In this document: piece after piece, positions 36,224-45,132 of the stretch
Layout of the letters: the number at the start of each line of letters is the position of its first letter
Numbering within the stretch: the stretch's first letter is position 1
DNA from: an uncultured virus (IMG/VR IMGVR_UViG_3300038461_000154)
Taxonomy: Duplodnaviria > Heunggongvirae > Uroviricota > Caudoviricetes
Reading direction: 5' to 3' (one strand)
Virus record (IMG/VR): IMGVR_UViG_3300038461_000154
DNA length: 64,000 nt
The notes under the pieces: model-generated
Told to the model about the DNA's origin: nothing
Database searches by the model: none
The model's input: the letters and a program-made list of their open reading frames with translations, nothing else
Made by a program: the position numbers and the translations under genes

Positions 36224-36500
36224 AATTCCCTTCTGGTTCTTGATTCACAGCTTGCTCGGCTAAATACCAACAATTTTCTGTTGGTGGTAAAGTTATACAA
36301 CGACAGAAAGTTGTTCCGTTGGGCAAATGACACAATACTACCTTCTCTTCCCACATAGCATCAAAAAGTTGTTCGCCGGTCCTTTTTTGAGATTCATCCG
36401 GCTCTAATAAAAATGCCATGTGAACGGCATCTCTTACCATCGCATAAGCTCTGAAATTATTTTTTCTGCAACAATACAGACATATATCTCTATTCAACAT
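36210..36500 (-). CDS. MLNK/CPYxLE family member
   Basis: MLNRDICLYC...PPTENCWYLAEQ. Confidence 0.85.
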   Translation of the reverse strand: MLNRDICLYCCRKNNFRAYAMVRDAVHMAFLLEPDESQKRTGEQLFDAMWEEKVVLCHLPNGTTFCRCITLPPTENCWYLAEQAVNQEPEGNFDAE

Positions 36501-36508
36501 AGCTGATA

Positions 36509-36877
36509 CTATTCTACTGAAACGACGTGCTCTTTTTCGTGTCTTTCTGATATGACGTGCTCCAAAATATATGGGCAAGTTGGAGGTATATCATCAATCA
36601 TCAAATAGTCATAATACAAACCATAGTCTTCTGTCACATGATAGTATGAACTAAAGATGTCTTTATAACGATATTTGTTAGCCAATAAAAAACATCCTAC
36701 ATAGCCCATTCCAGTATTAGCAACGACTTCTAGGTTTTCTTCAAACCAATCATCAAATCTTTTGGGATGATTGTCCTGTATGTATTGGTATTCGCTGTTA
36801 TCACCAACAGGCAACCGTCGCGCAAAGTGATTGTAAATGCACTTCCGGCAGACTTCAATACTAAGCGTTTGCATCAC
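36509..36877 (-). CDS. MLNK/CPYxLE family member
   Basis: LSIEVCRKC...PPTCPYILEH. Confidence 0.85.
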   Translation of the reverse strand: MMQTLSIEVCRKCIYNHFARRLPVGDNSEYQYIQDNHPKRFDDWFEENLEVVANTGMGYVGCFLLANKYRYKDIFSSYYHVTEDYGLYYDYLMIDDIPPTCPYILEHVISERHEKEHVVSVE

Positions 36878-37163
36878 AGACTAGATGCTCCAAAATACAA
36901 GGGCAACTGTTTGGTGGAGTCGTAATCCAATCATATGTATAGCCACGATGAAATGGCGTATACTTCACTATATGCTGCCGTGGAATGCTTTTGAAACATG
37001 GCGCAGCACCAGAAAGAGTATAGCACCAAAGATTCTCAAACCAGCCTTCAAATACCCTTTCGTGCATTTCCATACACTCTTTGTGAGTATCGTTTAAGGC
37101 GATAAGGGCATGTTCTCTTTCCAAATGAGCCTTAATACAATCTCTGCAAAGCTGCTTAATCAT
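36861..37163 (-). CDS. MLNK/CPYxLE family member
   Basis: KQLCRDC...PPNSCPCILEH. Confidence 0.85.
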   Translation of the reverse strand: MIKQLCRDCIKAHLEREHALIALNDTHKECMEMHERVFEGWFENLWCYTLSGAAPCFKSIPRQHIVKYTPFHRGYTYDWITTPPNSCPCILEHLVCDANA

Positions 37164-37173
37164 AGTCCACTTC

Positions 37174-37524
37174 TTATTCTATCCCGCTCTTGCCCTTCTT
37201 TGTATCGTTAATTGCAAGTGTATGTTCTAAAATGAATTTGCAATTTTCAGGCGGCTCACTAGAATCAGAACACCAGCACAAAAAATCCAACGGGTCATAA
37301 TTTAATATTCTGGATTTGCAATCGCTGTGCAAACAAGGCACAAGCCCATGTGTCTTCTTCAATATTTTTTGAAACCACTTGCTGAAATGCCGTTCATGCA
37401 TTTGTAGCCGTTTTTTGATTCTGCGTTCTACTTTAGACGTTCTTTCTTCTTCTGAAAATTGTTCCAGATAACGTTTTTGCAACTCTCTATAAAGGCAGTA
37501 ACCGCAAAGTGTTTTGTTTAACAT
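37174..37524 (-). CDS. MLNK/CPYxLE family member (start codon straddles the IS right end)
   Basis: MLNKTLCGYC...PPENCKFILEH. Confidence 0.85.
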   Translation of the reverse strand: MLNKTLCGYCLYRELQKRYLEQFSEEERTSKVERRIKKRLQMHERHFSKWFQKILKKTHGLVPCLHSDCKSRILNYDPLDFLCWCSDSSEPPENCKFILEHTLAINDTKKGKSGIE

Positions 37525-37612
37525 GAACTACGACATCCTAATTGTTACATCGCTTCTTCTCTTCACAGGGCTTAGTTGACTACCTAAATCCCTCCGAGAA
37601 GCTTTATTTATC
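37523..37612 (-). ncRNA. TnpB omega/reRNA scaffold, 3' part
   Basis: Block identical to copy 1 at the CDS end. Confidence 0.65.
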
Positions 37613-38721
37613 CTCTGCCCATGTTCCCATAGGTGGAGTAATCCGTATTGTTTAATGTTTTTGGCCGCATTAACATCTCTATCGTGTTTGGCACCACAAA
37701 CAGGGCAAATCCATTCTCGTTGGTTTAAAGTCAAAGTATGGTTGGCATACCCGCAATTAGAACACATTTTAGATGAAGGTTCAAATCGGCCTATCGTCAA
37801 TATGTTCTTACCGTACCAATCGGCTTTGTACTCTAATTGTCTTCTAAATTCAGACCAAGCTGCATCAGAAATGGACTTGGCCAAGCAATGATTTTTGAGC
37901 ATGTTACCTATAGCCAAATCTTCCAAACAGATAGATTGGTTCTCTCTTATTAGTTTGGTAGAAGTTTTATGCAGGAAATCTTTTCTTTGGTTTTTAATCC
38001 TTTCATGTAAGAAGGCCAGTTTAAGTTTTTGTTCTGCATAATTCTTGCTGTACTTTTTCTTTTTACTTAGTTTTCTTTGATGATGCTTTAATCGTTTTTC
38101 AGCAGTTTTTAAATGCTTTGGATTTTCTGTTTTATCGCCGTCAGAGGTAATACAAAAATCTTTGATGCCAAGGTCTAATCCTATAGATTTAGATGGATTC
38201 ACTACTGGCTTTTGAGGAAGCTCCTTGCCGTCTTCAACAAGAATAGATACAAAATATCGGTTTGTTGAAGTTCTGTTTATCGTAATAGTTTTAGCAATGC
38301 CTTCAAATTTCCTATATAAGACAGCAGGTATATTTGGAATTTTAATAAGTGTAATTGTGTTGTTTTCAAAATCAACTTGAACATGCTGCGGACATTGAAA
38401 TTTAGGACGTGAACGATGCTTCGATTTAAACTTTGGAAAACCAGCTTTTTTATTGAAGAACAAGGTGAAGGCATTATCAAGATTTCTTAATGGCATTTGG
38501 AGAGATTGGCTATTTACTTCTTTTAACCATGGATATTGTTCTTTAAGTTGGGGAAGAAGATTGGCAAGGTCAATACAAGAAAGCTTTTTGCCTTGACTAT
38601 GAGCCTTAATACGCTGTTCCAAACCCCAATTATAAATAAATCTTGAACAACCGAAATGTTGTTCTATGATAACTTGTTGAGGCTCTGTAGGGTATATTTC
38701 GTACTTGTAAGATTTTAACAT
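37528..38721 (-). CDS. tnpB: RNA-guided endonuclease TnpB
   Basis: RuvC D/E/D intact (GLDLG, LEDL, DRDVNAA); zinc finger; 397 aa like copy 1. Confidence 0.95.
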   Translation of the reverse strand: MLKSYKYEIYPTEPQQVIIEQHFGCSRFIYNWGLEQRIKAHSQGKKLSCIDLANLLPQLKEQYPWLKEVNSQSLQMPLRNLDNAFTLFFNKKAGFPKFKSKHRSRPKFQCPQHVQVDFENNTITLIKIPNIPAVLYRKFEGIAKTITINRTSTNRYFVSILVEDGKELPQKPVVNPSKSIGLDLGIKDFCITSDGDKTENPKHLKTAEKRLKHHQRKLSKKKKYSKNYAEQKLKLAFLHERIKNQRKDFLHKTSTKLIRENQSICLEDLAIGNMLKNHCLAKSISDAAWSEFRRQLEYKADWYGKNILTIGRFEPSSKMCSNCGYANHTLTLNQREWICPVCGAKHDRDVNAAKNIKQYGLLHLWEHGQRINKASRRDLGSQLSPVKRRSDVTIRMS

Positions 38722-38792
38722 AACTTTTATAAAACCAATTCCTTTCTATAAATATAGAATATAAAAAAATTATGACTCTGTATAATTCAAAC

Positions 38793-38993
38793 ATGCTAAA
38801 AAAACAAGTCTGTTGGCTTTGTTTCACTTTGCACTTCAAACCTGCTTTTATTACAGCGGCAAAATATGACTTTGATAAACTGTGGTACGACTACAAAACC
38901 GTCTCTTGCTGGTATGCACAAACAGGCTTGTTACAAATACACCATAACCCGCCAGATAAGTGCCCCTATATCCTAGAACACATCATTCGTTGA
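38793..38993 (+). CDS. MLNK/CPYxLE family member (isolated, + strand, probably leaderless)
   Basis: MLKKQVCWLC...PPDKCPYILEH; TATAAT 6 nt before ATG. Confidence 0.85.
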   Translation: MLKKQVCWLCFTLHFKPAFITAAKYDFDKLWYDYKTVSCWYAQTGLLQIHHNPPDKCPYILEHIIR

Positions 38994-39345
38994 CAGGCTC
39001 ATTTGTACGGTTGAACTGTTTTGAATTCGTTTCAGCAACTTTTTGTTCTACTTGTTGCTCTGTCACATAGAAGCATTCCTGAAACGGGGCACTACCTACT
39101 GGCCGCAACCAAAATCGGTGTAGCATTGTAGAACCGGACGAAATTTGAATAGGTATCTCTCGGTACGGCATCTTTTCCGCAATCTGACTACAAAGACAAA
39201 AGCATTCATTCCATGTATTGTGGAATACTTTGTTCAATTGTTCATGCCCGTAGTTATAAACCCTATCGTTATCATGTGTAGCGTCTAAGACATGCGTTTT
39301 AAAAGCATTCCAAAAGCACAAATGGCAAATCTGTTTATTAAGCAT
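38983..39345 (-). CDS. MLNK/CPYxLE family member
   Basis: MLNKQICHLC...PFQECFYVTEQ. Confidence 0.8.
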   Translation of the reverse strand: MLNKQICHLCFWNAFKTHVLDATHDNDRVYNYGHEQLNKVFHNTWNECFCLCSQIAEKMPYREIPIQISSGSTMLHRFWLRPVGSAPFQECFYVTEQQVEQKVAETNSKQFNRTNEPVNE

Positions 39346-39349
39346 CGGC

Positions 39350-39829
39350 TCAGAGTCCTTTCAACTTCCTAGGCACACTCATCATACAATAGCGAGTGCA
39401 GAGTTTCGCAGCCATTTTGGCTTTGAACGTTTTGCGATTGAAATATAGAGATTCCAAGTATTCCCTGTACGTCCTCCACTTCGTTATATCGCCCTTCCAC
39501 TTTTCATCAATGCCTTCATCAGACATTATACCGTTATACTTCACTGCCAAGTAATTACGGACACGCATTTGTGCCCATATAGCCCAATCACGGTGAGGAG
39601 AAGAGAATTCAAGCCGCTTCTTATTCTTGTACCAAACCGTGAAAAAAAGCATGTTGTCATCACACTCTTTGAACGTAAAAGTCCATTCACGGGTCTTGTC
39701 TCCCCACACTTCCGGCCCTTCAACCGTGAGCAAACCCTTAAAGAGCTTGCCATTCAATTCTCGTAAATAGACATCAATTTCATCAACGTTCATTTGTTTG
39801 GCCATAGATACACAAGTGCTATGAGACAT
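39350..39829 (-). CDS. Hypothetical protein
   Basis: 159-aa ORF in gene run. Confidence 0.7.
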   Translation of the reverse strand: MSHSTCVSMAKQMNVDEIDVYLRELNGKLFKGLLTVEGPEVWGDKTREWTFTFKECDDNMLFFTVWYKNKKRLEFSSPHRDWAIWAQMRVRNYLAVKYNGIMSDEGIDEKWKGDITKWRTYREYLESLYFNRKTFKAKMAAKLCTRYCMMSVPRKLKGL

Positions 39830-40061
39830 GTGGGAATTCTCCTTGACTCATTGCCCAACGCCATCCTTGGTCATCAAAACGAAGAACCCATTTCTTACCA
39901 CGTCTAAAAACACCTTGTGTAGTATATTCCCCGTTGTGAATGCCGTGCTTAATACTCATACCCCACATTGTTCCGAAAGGGTTCGGTGCCTTGATATAAA
40001 GCATCATTACAGGCATTTCAGCCCAAGTTTCTTCACTGCCGTTAGGGTAAGCCTTCTTCAT
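39819..40061 (-). CDS. Hypothetical protein
   Basis: ATGA overlap. Confidence 0.65.
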   Translation of the reverse strand: MKKAYPNGSEETWAEMPVMMLYIKAPNPFGTMWGMSIKHGIHNGEYTTQGVFRRGKKWVLRFDDQGWRWAMSQGEFPHVS

Positions 40062-40354
40062 TTCTTTTCTTGTTCCTTCTTCAAAACGTACTCACCCATG
40101 CGACAGTTCGTATTGCCACGCTCAATTTGAGAGTGTGCATAGCATGGCGTTTTCTTGTACCACTTCTTGTCATGCAGAGCGCAACTGTATTCACCCGGCT
40201 TAATGCCTTGAAGATGCTTGCAAGGTCCATTGCCTTCGTGACAAACAAGATTGTCTTCGCGGATGCCCTTAGCCGGGTCATCTACAATAACAACCATATA
40301 AGTCTTACAGCATGTGCCACAATGTAAACAAATCACGTTTAAGCACTCCCTCAA
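40058..40354 (-). CDS. YkgJ-like CxxCxxCC cysteine-cluster protein
   Basis: CLHCGTCC...CKHL...CALH...C. Confidence 0.75.
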   Translation of the reverse strand: MRECLNVICLHCGTCCKTYMVVIVDDPAKGIREDNLVCHEGNGPCKHLQGIKPGEYSCALHDKKWYKKTPCYAHSQIERGNTNCRMGEYVLKKEQEKK

Positions 40355-40362
40355 CCTACATA

Positions 40363-40371
40363 TATCGTCAA
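40363..40371 (-). promoter_or_regulatory. TTGACGATA promoter motif
   Basis: Intergenic, ahead of the 40354 gene. Confidence 0.7.
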
Positions 40372-40380
40372 ACGCGGTAG

Positions 40381-40656
40381 TTATTTGAAGATTTCGTGGA
40401 ACGTTTCTTCAAATTGATTTTGGTTTTCTTTAGGTAGGGCAATTTTGATACACGAAATCATAGACACTAAATTAACTATCACGTCTTCGGTCTGCCCCGC
40501 TTCAATCATAGTTTTTGCTATTTCAAATTCCTTCTGTGCCGCATGAAGGGCATACTTAACAATGCGCTCTCTGTTGGGCTTCTTCATCCCCATTTCTTTA
40601 CTGAGAGCGGCTACTACAAAATTCTTCTCTTTTGTCAATCCTTCAAGTGTGCCCAT
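40381..40656 (-). CDS. Hypothetical protein
   Basis: RBS GGGAG. Confidence 0.65.
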   Translation of the reverse strand: MGTLEGLTKEKNFVVAALSKEMGMKKPNRERIVKYALHAAQKEFEIAKTMIEAGQTEDVIVNLVSMISCIKIALPKENQNQFEETFHEIFK

Positions 40657-40983
40657 TTAGCTCTCCCTTGTAGTATTCTCACCGTTTTGCTTAAACTTTT
40701 CAATGGCTTCGGCTTGCTGCCGCTTCGATTCTTCAATGACGCTGTTGTAGTATTCAATTTTCTCTTGACAACGTGCCATAGAACGCTTATGGCGCTCTAT
40801 TTTAATACGTAATAATGCTTCTACTCTTTTTGCATACTTTTTCGTATCATCAAAACCACCGTCCATGGCTTTCGAAAGCGGATAGTTTCGTGTCCAACGC
40901 CAAAATGTGCCGTAAAAACAAATGTAAAACAAATGAACTAAATAGGCTCTATCTGCAAACCAAAGCCTTATTTCAGAGAGCAT
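40657..40983 (-). CDS. Hypothetical coiled-coil protein
   Basis: ORF in gene run. Confidence 0.65.
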   Translation of the reverse strand: MLSEIRLWFADRAYLVHLFYICFYGTFWRWTRNYPLSKAMDGGFDDTKKYAKRVEALLRIKIERHKRSMARCQEKIEYYNSVIEESKRQQAEAIEKFKQNGENTTRES

Positions 40984-41006
40984 AGAGTCACCAAGTAAAT
41001 CCTTTT

Positions 41007-41228
41007 CTAGTCATCCTTATTCCGCAAGTCCACATTCGCCAATACAAACTCTTCAAACTGGTCGTCAAGCTTCATCTTTTTGATGAACCAAAAGGCAACG
41101 TTGCGCTGGTCTTCAAAATCAACCTTATCAGCCCACATTGCATAATGGCCATACAACTCAGGCGGATTACGGTAATTAACCGGATGCCTAGTTTTTTTGA
41201 CTCTCTTGCCCTTCTTTGTCGTCTGCAT
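41007..41228 (-). CDS. Hypothetical protein
   Basis: ORF in gene run. Confidence 0.6.
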   Translation of the reverse strand: MQTTKKGKRVKKTRHPVNYRNPPELYGHYAMWADKVDFEDQRNVAFWFIKKMKLDDQFEEFVLANVDLRNKDD

Positions 41229-41442
41229 TATTCGAACCCTTTTTCCCTGTTTCTAATGGCCCTGTAATGTACTTCCGTGGCTTCCTGGTATAAATTCTGC
41301 GCAGAAGCTTTTCATCTGCACTAGAATGCTTATAGACTGCTGGTGGTTTTTTCATCTGGCAACTTTCACATTCACTGATAGGGAATACTCCACCGTGAAT
41401 GAAAATCTCTCCACAAGTCTTACAAGTCGTCTCAATTACCAT
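41188..41442 (-). CDS. Zinc-ribbon hypothetical protein
   Basis: CKTCG...CESC; RBS AGGAGG. Confidence 0.65.
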   Translation of the reverse strand: MVIETTCKTCGEIFIHGGVFPISECESCQMKKPPAVYKHSSADEKLLRRIYTRKPRKYITGPLETGKKGSNNADDKEGQESQKN

Positions 41443-41674
41443 CGGTTTTATCCTCCTGCAAATCATCTATTTCTGTCTTTAATTCCCTTGATGCTCGCAG
41501 CTTGAGTTTCACTTTAGCTTTATCACGAATGATTCTTCGCCATACTTTAACTTCTTTTACAGTCGTGATATGACCCATCGGAGAAACAACACCTTCATTG
41601 CGCTCCATCATCTTAATTTTAATGCGTTTCGGAACGTCACCGGGGAGCATCCCAAATTTTGCTTTAGTCGCCAT
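41432..41674 (-). CDS. Hypothetical protein
   Basis: RBS GGAG. Confidence 0.6.
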   Translation of the reverse strand: MATKAKFGMLPGDVPKRIKIKMMERNEGVVSPMGHITTVKEVKVWRRIIRDKAKVKLKLRASRELKTEIDDLQEDKTDGN

Positions 41675-41676
41675 TA

Positions 41677-42237
41677 TCAATCTCCATCGTAAATCTTCTT
41701 CTCTCGGAACGGCTGCTTGAATTCGATTCTTTCACGCGGAACAAAATTCAAAGCATGATTCAAAGCTTCTGTTTCAGTATCGAATTTCTCTGGCACAAAG
41801 ATTCTACCCTTGCTGCTGACAAGATAGTAATGTATGCCATCAGGATAGCGTGATAGAGTAATCTTTTCGTCTGCGTAAGCACCGGGCCAATGTAAATCAC
41901 CCGAAGTGATTTCCTTATGAATATGAATACCAGAAGGCGGCACGAAACCACCTACAGCATTCACAAAAATGTGGTCAAACATTCCAAAGAAACGTTCCAC
42001 GCTCATTACCCACTTCGCACCCAAGGCAATTGGGTTCATGATGACTGCCATTTCGCATGTGGGTTCGCCACTTTTGTTGAACATGTGCGGGTCATTGCCG
42101 TCTCTCAAAAATAGCTTCGTGGTAACAGACTTGTGTAAGCGCATCATCAAGTCTATATCTTCTTTGGGCAGCTTGAGATACCATGCTTTGTTATCCACAA
42201 AGCGTTTATCAGGTGCGATTTCAGCAAATGTATACAT
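41677..42237 (-). CDS. Hypothetical protein
   Basis: RBS GGGAG; promoter 42265-73. Confidence 0.75.
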   Translation of the reverse strand: MYTFAEIAPDKRFVDNKAWYLKLPKEDIDLMMRLHKSVTTKLFLRDGNDPHMFNKSGEPTCEMAVIMNPIALGAKWVMSVERFFGMFDHIFVNAVGGFVPPSGIHIHKEITSGDLHWPGAYADEKITLSRYPDGIHYYLVSSKGRIFVPEKFDTETEALNHALNFVPRERIEFKQPFREKKIYDGD

Positions 42238-42264
42238 CTAGTCTCTCCCTTTCCGCTTTCAATA

Positions 42265-42273
42265 TATCGTCAA
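42265..42273 (-). promoter_or_regulatory. TTGACGATA promoter motif
   Basis: TTGACGA-TATATT ahead of ATG 42237. Confidence 0.7.
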
Positions 42274-42337
42274 AACGGAGAGAAAATAGTCTCGATTTTC
42301 AAAATTGTTGTAAATTGTTATGTATTAAGTATTTATG

Positions 42338-42553
42338 CTACCACGTTTTACCACAAAGGCTGCATTCAAAATAACTCTCTGAAGAATCACCAGCCGGGTC
42401 AACATGTAATGTCACTTTGGATTTTGGATGCTTACATTCGTCACGTAAATCGTACAATTTCCTCTCCAATTTTTCATAGTCGTTATCATACTTGCCTAAG
42501 AGCTTCCGCATAGACTTTTTAATTGCTTTGGCTTTCTTCTCTACATTGCTCAT
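42338..42553 (-). CDS. Hypothetical protein (CxH...CxxC)
   Basis: ATGA overlap; CKHP...CSLCG. Confidence 0.65.
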   Translation of the reverse strand: MSNVEKKAKAIKKSMRKLLGKYDNDYEKLERKLYDLRDECKHPKSKVTLHVDPAGDSSESYFECSLCGKTW

Positions 42554-42738
42554 AATGTTTGCTCCAAAATGAAAGGACAATTGGCCGGTGGTTGACTCGT
42601 TATCTTCCTTGCCTTATATTCATTGATTGAAACACAAACCACATAACCAAAATTCCAACATACCTCAAAAGTATCCGGCGTCACTTGATTACCTATTTTA
42701 CAACACTTCTTGCATAACCGTTTGCGTAGCTTTTTCAT
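42550..42738 (-). CDS. MLNK/CPYxLE family member
   Basis: KRLCKKC...PPANCPFILEQ. Confidence 0.85.
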   Translation of the reverse strand: MKKLRKRLCKKCCKIGNQVTPDTFEVCWNFGYVVCVSINEYKARKITSQPPANCPFILEQTL

Positions 42739-42947
42739 AGGATGTATTTGTTCAATTCATCTTTGCTGATGTCTTTCTTTGGAACAATTGGTTCTGTAAA
42801 GGTAATGAGAGTGCATAAAAAAGACTTGTTGGAAAAAGACTGAACCCCAACGACATTGATTTTCTTATTGGCACTAAGCCACTTATTCACCTGTTTCTCA
42901 AGCGTCACAGGCGACTTGTACGAGAAGATTTTGACCTTGTATTCCAT
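42735..42947 (-). CDS. Hypothetical small protein
   Basis: KVKIF...LEKQVNKWL pattern; ATGA overlap. Confidence 0.6.
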   Translation of the reverse strand: MEYKVKIFSYKSPVTLEKQVNKWLSANKKINVVGVQSFSNKSFLCTLITFTEPIVPKKDISKDELNKYIL

Positions 42948-43060
42948 TTTTAAGATAGCTCAAAGCCCATCTAGTTTGTGTTCTTGACAATAGCCATTTA
43001 TCCAACTTTTCTGTTGCATTTGGCCCTTAGCATTATACAATCATGTAATGGAGGATTGGC

Positions 43061-43297
43061 ATGTTAAACAGCGAAATATGTTTGCGATGTGGTGTGGAAG
43101 CCGCTAAAGAACGTCTTAGAACGCACCAAGAATCTTTTGTACTTAAATCATGGATAGATGAACAACAAAAATCTGTTACCGATTATGAATCATTGTGGTG
43201 TCCAGCAATAAAAAAGTTCATCCATTTAAGAACTAAACCACCGGAGAACTGCACGTATATTCTTGAACAAACCTTTCAACACAAAGTCATGGCTTAA
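43061..43297 (+). CDS. MLNK/CPYxLE family member (isolated, + strand)
   Basis: MLNSEICLRC...PPENCTYILEQ; RBS GGAGG. Confidence 0.85.
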   Translation: MLNSEICLRCGVEAAKERLRTHQESFVLKSWIDEQQKSVTDYESLWCPAIKKFIHLRTKPPENCTYILEQTFQHKVMA

Positions 43298-43544
43298 CTA
43301 AATTGTTCACCAAATGTTCCATGTAATACGGGCATTCATCAAAGTTCCTTTTGAAAATGTCTATGCCCGCCAACGCGAATCTTTCTCGTTTTTCTTCCAA
43401 GTCTATTTCCATGCAATAGTATTCTTCGCTATCCCAAACCAACAAAGCACAATGCATGTGCGGAACAATTTTACCATCAATACGCTTTTCTCTACGAAAG
43501 CTGTAATGCTGACACTTCTGGCAAATACCTTTGAAGACAATCAT
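43287..43544 (-). CDS. MLNK/CPYxLE family member
   Basis: KGICQKC...DECPYYMEH. Confidence 0.8.
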   Translation of the reverse strand: MIVFKGICQKCQHYSFRREKRIDGKIVPHMHCALLVWDSEEYYCMEIDLEEKRERFALAGIDIFKRNFDECPYYMEHLVNNLVKP

Positions 43545-44206
43545 CGAAGCACCCAATCATTTGTGTCTAGCTCATAAAAACTACCCTCTTTGCCGGGAAA
43601 ATCAATAAGCGTATTATTGTAATAAAATTTAGTTCCAAGCACGTCATGCAAATGCCCACAGACGCATAGAATTGGCTTCACACTATTAAGCACGTCACGA
43701 ATGGACTGAAATGCCCACCCCTCTTTGTTTCCCGGTTCTCCAGTCAAAGGCGGCACTAATGGCGCGTAATGAGTCAAGACAATGGACATATCACCGTCTT
43801 TCATCTTGAAACAACACTGCCGTAAGACATCGGCACAAATTTTATTCATAATGTCGTTGGTTGGTAACTCGTAAAATACATTGCCAGACCAACCAAGCCC
43901 AATTAAAAATAGCTTCGGAGCAATCTGGCTAACAAAACCTGTTGCGTCGTTTTTCGAAGTGATTTGATAAGGGTCAAAGGTATCGTGGTTGCCCTTGACA
44001 AAATTGGCAGGGCACTTCAACGACTTATACCACTTTGTCAAACTTTGTTCGTTGTTAAGGACTTTCTGGCTGTCCATCTTACTAAGACCTTTGATGTTAC
44101 CACCAAGACGATTATAGAAATCGCCCGCGTGTAAAACCAAATCAGTCTTAGGTGGGATAGACGGTGGAGCCTTACCGTGAGTGTCCGTCAGGCAAAACAG
44201 GTTCAT
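43541..44206 (-). CDS. Calcineurin-like metallophosphoesterase
   Basis: DTHG, AGDF, GNHD, THY, GHLH. Confidence 0.9.
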   Translation of the reverse strand: MNLFCLTDTHGKAPPSIPPKTDLVLHAGDFYNRLGGNIKGLSKMDSQKVLNNEQSLTKWYKSLKCPANFVKGNHDTFDPYQITSKNDATGFVSQIAPKLFLIGLGWSGNVFYELPTNDIMNKICADVLRQCCFKMKDGDMSIVLTHYAPLVPPLTGEPGNKEGWAFQSIRDVLNSVKPILCVCGHLHDVLGTKFYYNNTLIDFPGKEGSFYELDTNDWVLR

Positions 44207-44393
44207 CTTCAACACCTTCTTCAATGTATTTTTTCAGGCCGTTGAGAATAGGTTTCACAAAGAGAAATTCCAAAAAGATGAACTGAAGAATGATAGCGCC
44301 AAGCATTACAAGCCCAACATAAGGCTTGTATGCCGCAACAATGGCACTCACCAACAGAGCGAAACTAATCAGGATGAGATATGCGCTCTTCAT
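44172..44393 (-). CDS. Small two-TM membrane protein
   Basis: Two hydrophobic helices; RBS GAGG. Confidence 0.65.
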   Translation of the reverse strand: MKSAYLILISFALLVSAIVAAYKPYVGLVMLGAIILQFIFLEFLFVKPILNGLKKYIEEGVEDEPVLPDGHSR

Positions 44394-44686
44394 GTTTTCC
44401 TCTTTCGCTTCTTGGGAATCTTGTATGTCTGCTCTTGAACCACATGCACATTGTTGCAAGTAGGACACTTACAGGTCACGGCTGGCTCTTTGATTTCTAA
44501 TTTAATGTAGCCGTCTATTCTTTGTCCATCCACATCAAAAGAACCGTTGGTAAGGTCAACTTGATTCTCCCATGCTTTAGGCTCACCACAAACAGGGCAC
44601 TTAAATGTCTCGCTTTCCCCATAGGCATCTTCTGTGGACTGATGACCTTTTCTACAAAGGATTTGGGTGTAGCCTTCGTAAGACAT
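44390..44686 (-). CDS. Zinc-ribbon protein
   Basis: CRKGH, CPVCG, CPTC; RBS AAGGAG. Confidence 0.7.
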   Translation of the reverse strand: MSYEGYTQILCRKGHQSTEDAYGESETFKCPVCGEPKAWENQVDLTNGSFDVDGQRIDGYIKLEIKEPAVTCKCPTCNNVHVVQEQTYKIPKKRKRKT

Positions 44687-44690
44687 ATGG

Positions 44691-45074
44691 CTATCTCCTT
44701 TTTGGCGGATTACTAAATTTCTTGTCGTGCTTTTCTATCGCGTCCTCAATTCTTGCTACTTCAAGTTTATCATAGTAGCTCAAAAGTTCCCCGGTAACCT
44801 TCAGCTTGAATTCTACACCAAGACCAAACATAATATCGGCAAAATCCCTCATGGAAATGTCGTGGGCCTTGTCTGCCAAAAAGTCAGTGATGAACTTCTT
44901 ACTCTTGCCGCTTTTATTCACCACTTCATCAAGAGTAATCTTCTTTTGCTCCATCAACATAACAATGGCTTCGGTACACTCGCACAAAGAGCATTCCTGA
45001 TGGTACACACGTCGCTGTTGGACATTTTTGAACAGCTTGTCAAACAGAGTTTCGTCTTTCTTGATTTTACCCAT
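44691..45074 (-). CDS. XRE-type HTH protein
   Basis: IVMLMEQKKIT...ITDFL...ISMRDFADIMFGLG; RBS AAGGAGG; variant promoter at about 45097. Confidence 0.65.
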   Translation of the reverse strand: MGKIKKDETLFDKLFKNVQQRRVYHQECSLCECTEAIVMLMEQKKITLDEVVNKSGKSKKFITDFLADKAHDISMRDFADIMFGLGVEFKLKVTGELLSYYDKLEVARIEDAIEKHDKKFSNPPKRR

Positions 45075-45132
45075 TCTCAAATTCCTCCTTATTAACTGTA
45101 TCGTTACATCGTACACAAGACTTGAGCCTTTT

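Larger units (their letters stand above)
37523..38771 (-). mobile_element. IS200/IS605-family (IS1341-type, TnpB-only) element, copy 2
   Basis: Left TCAT|AATTTTTTTATATTCTATA, right GTCGTAGTTCAT; shared with copy 1. Confidence 0.7.

Noticed and set aside
20912..37524. Diversity-generating retroelement or integron behind the paralog arrays
   Set aside because: No reverse transcriptase or integrase in the window, no near-identical TR/VR pair, and the genes overlap with no room for attC sites.
37792..37800. TTGACGATA inside tnpB copy 2
   Set aside because: Followed by G rather than the TAYANT box, mid-CDS and absent in copy 1; likely coincidence, although an internal omegaRNA promoter cannot be excluded.
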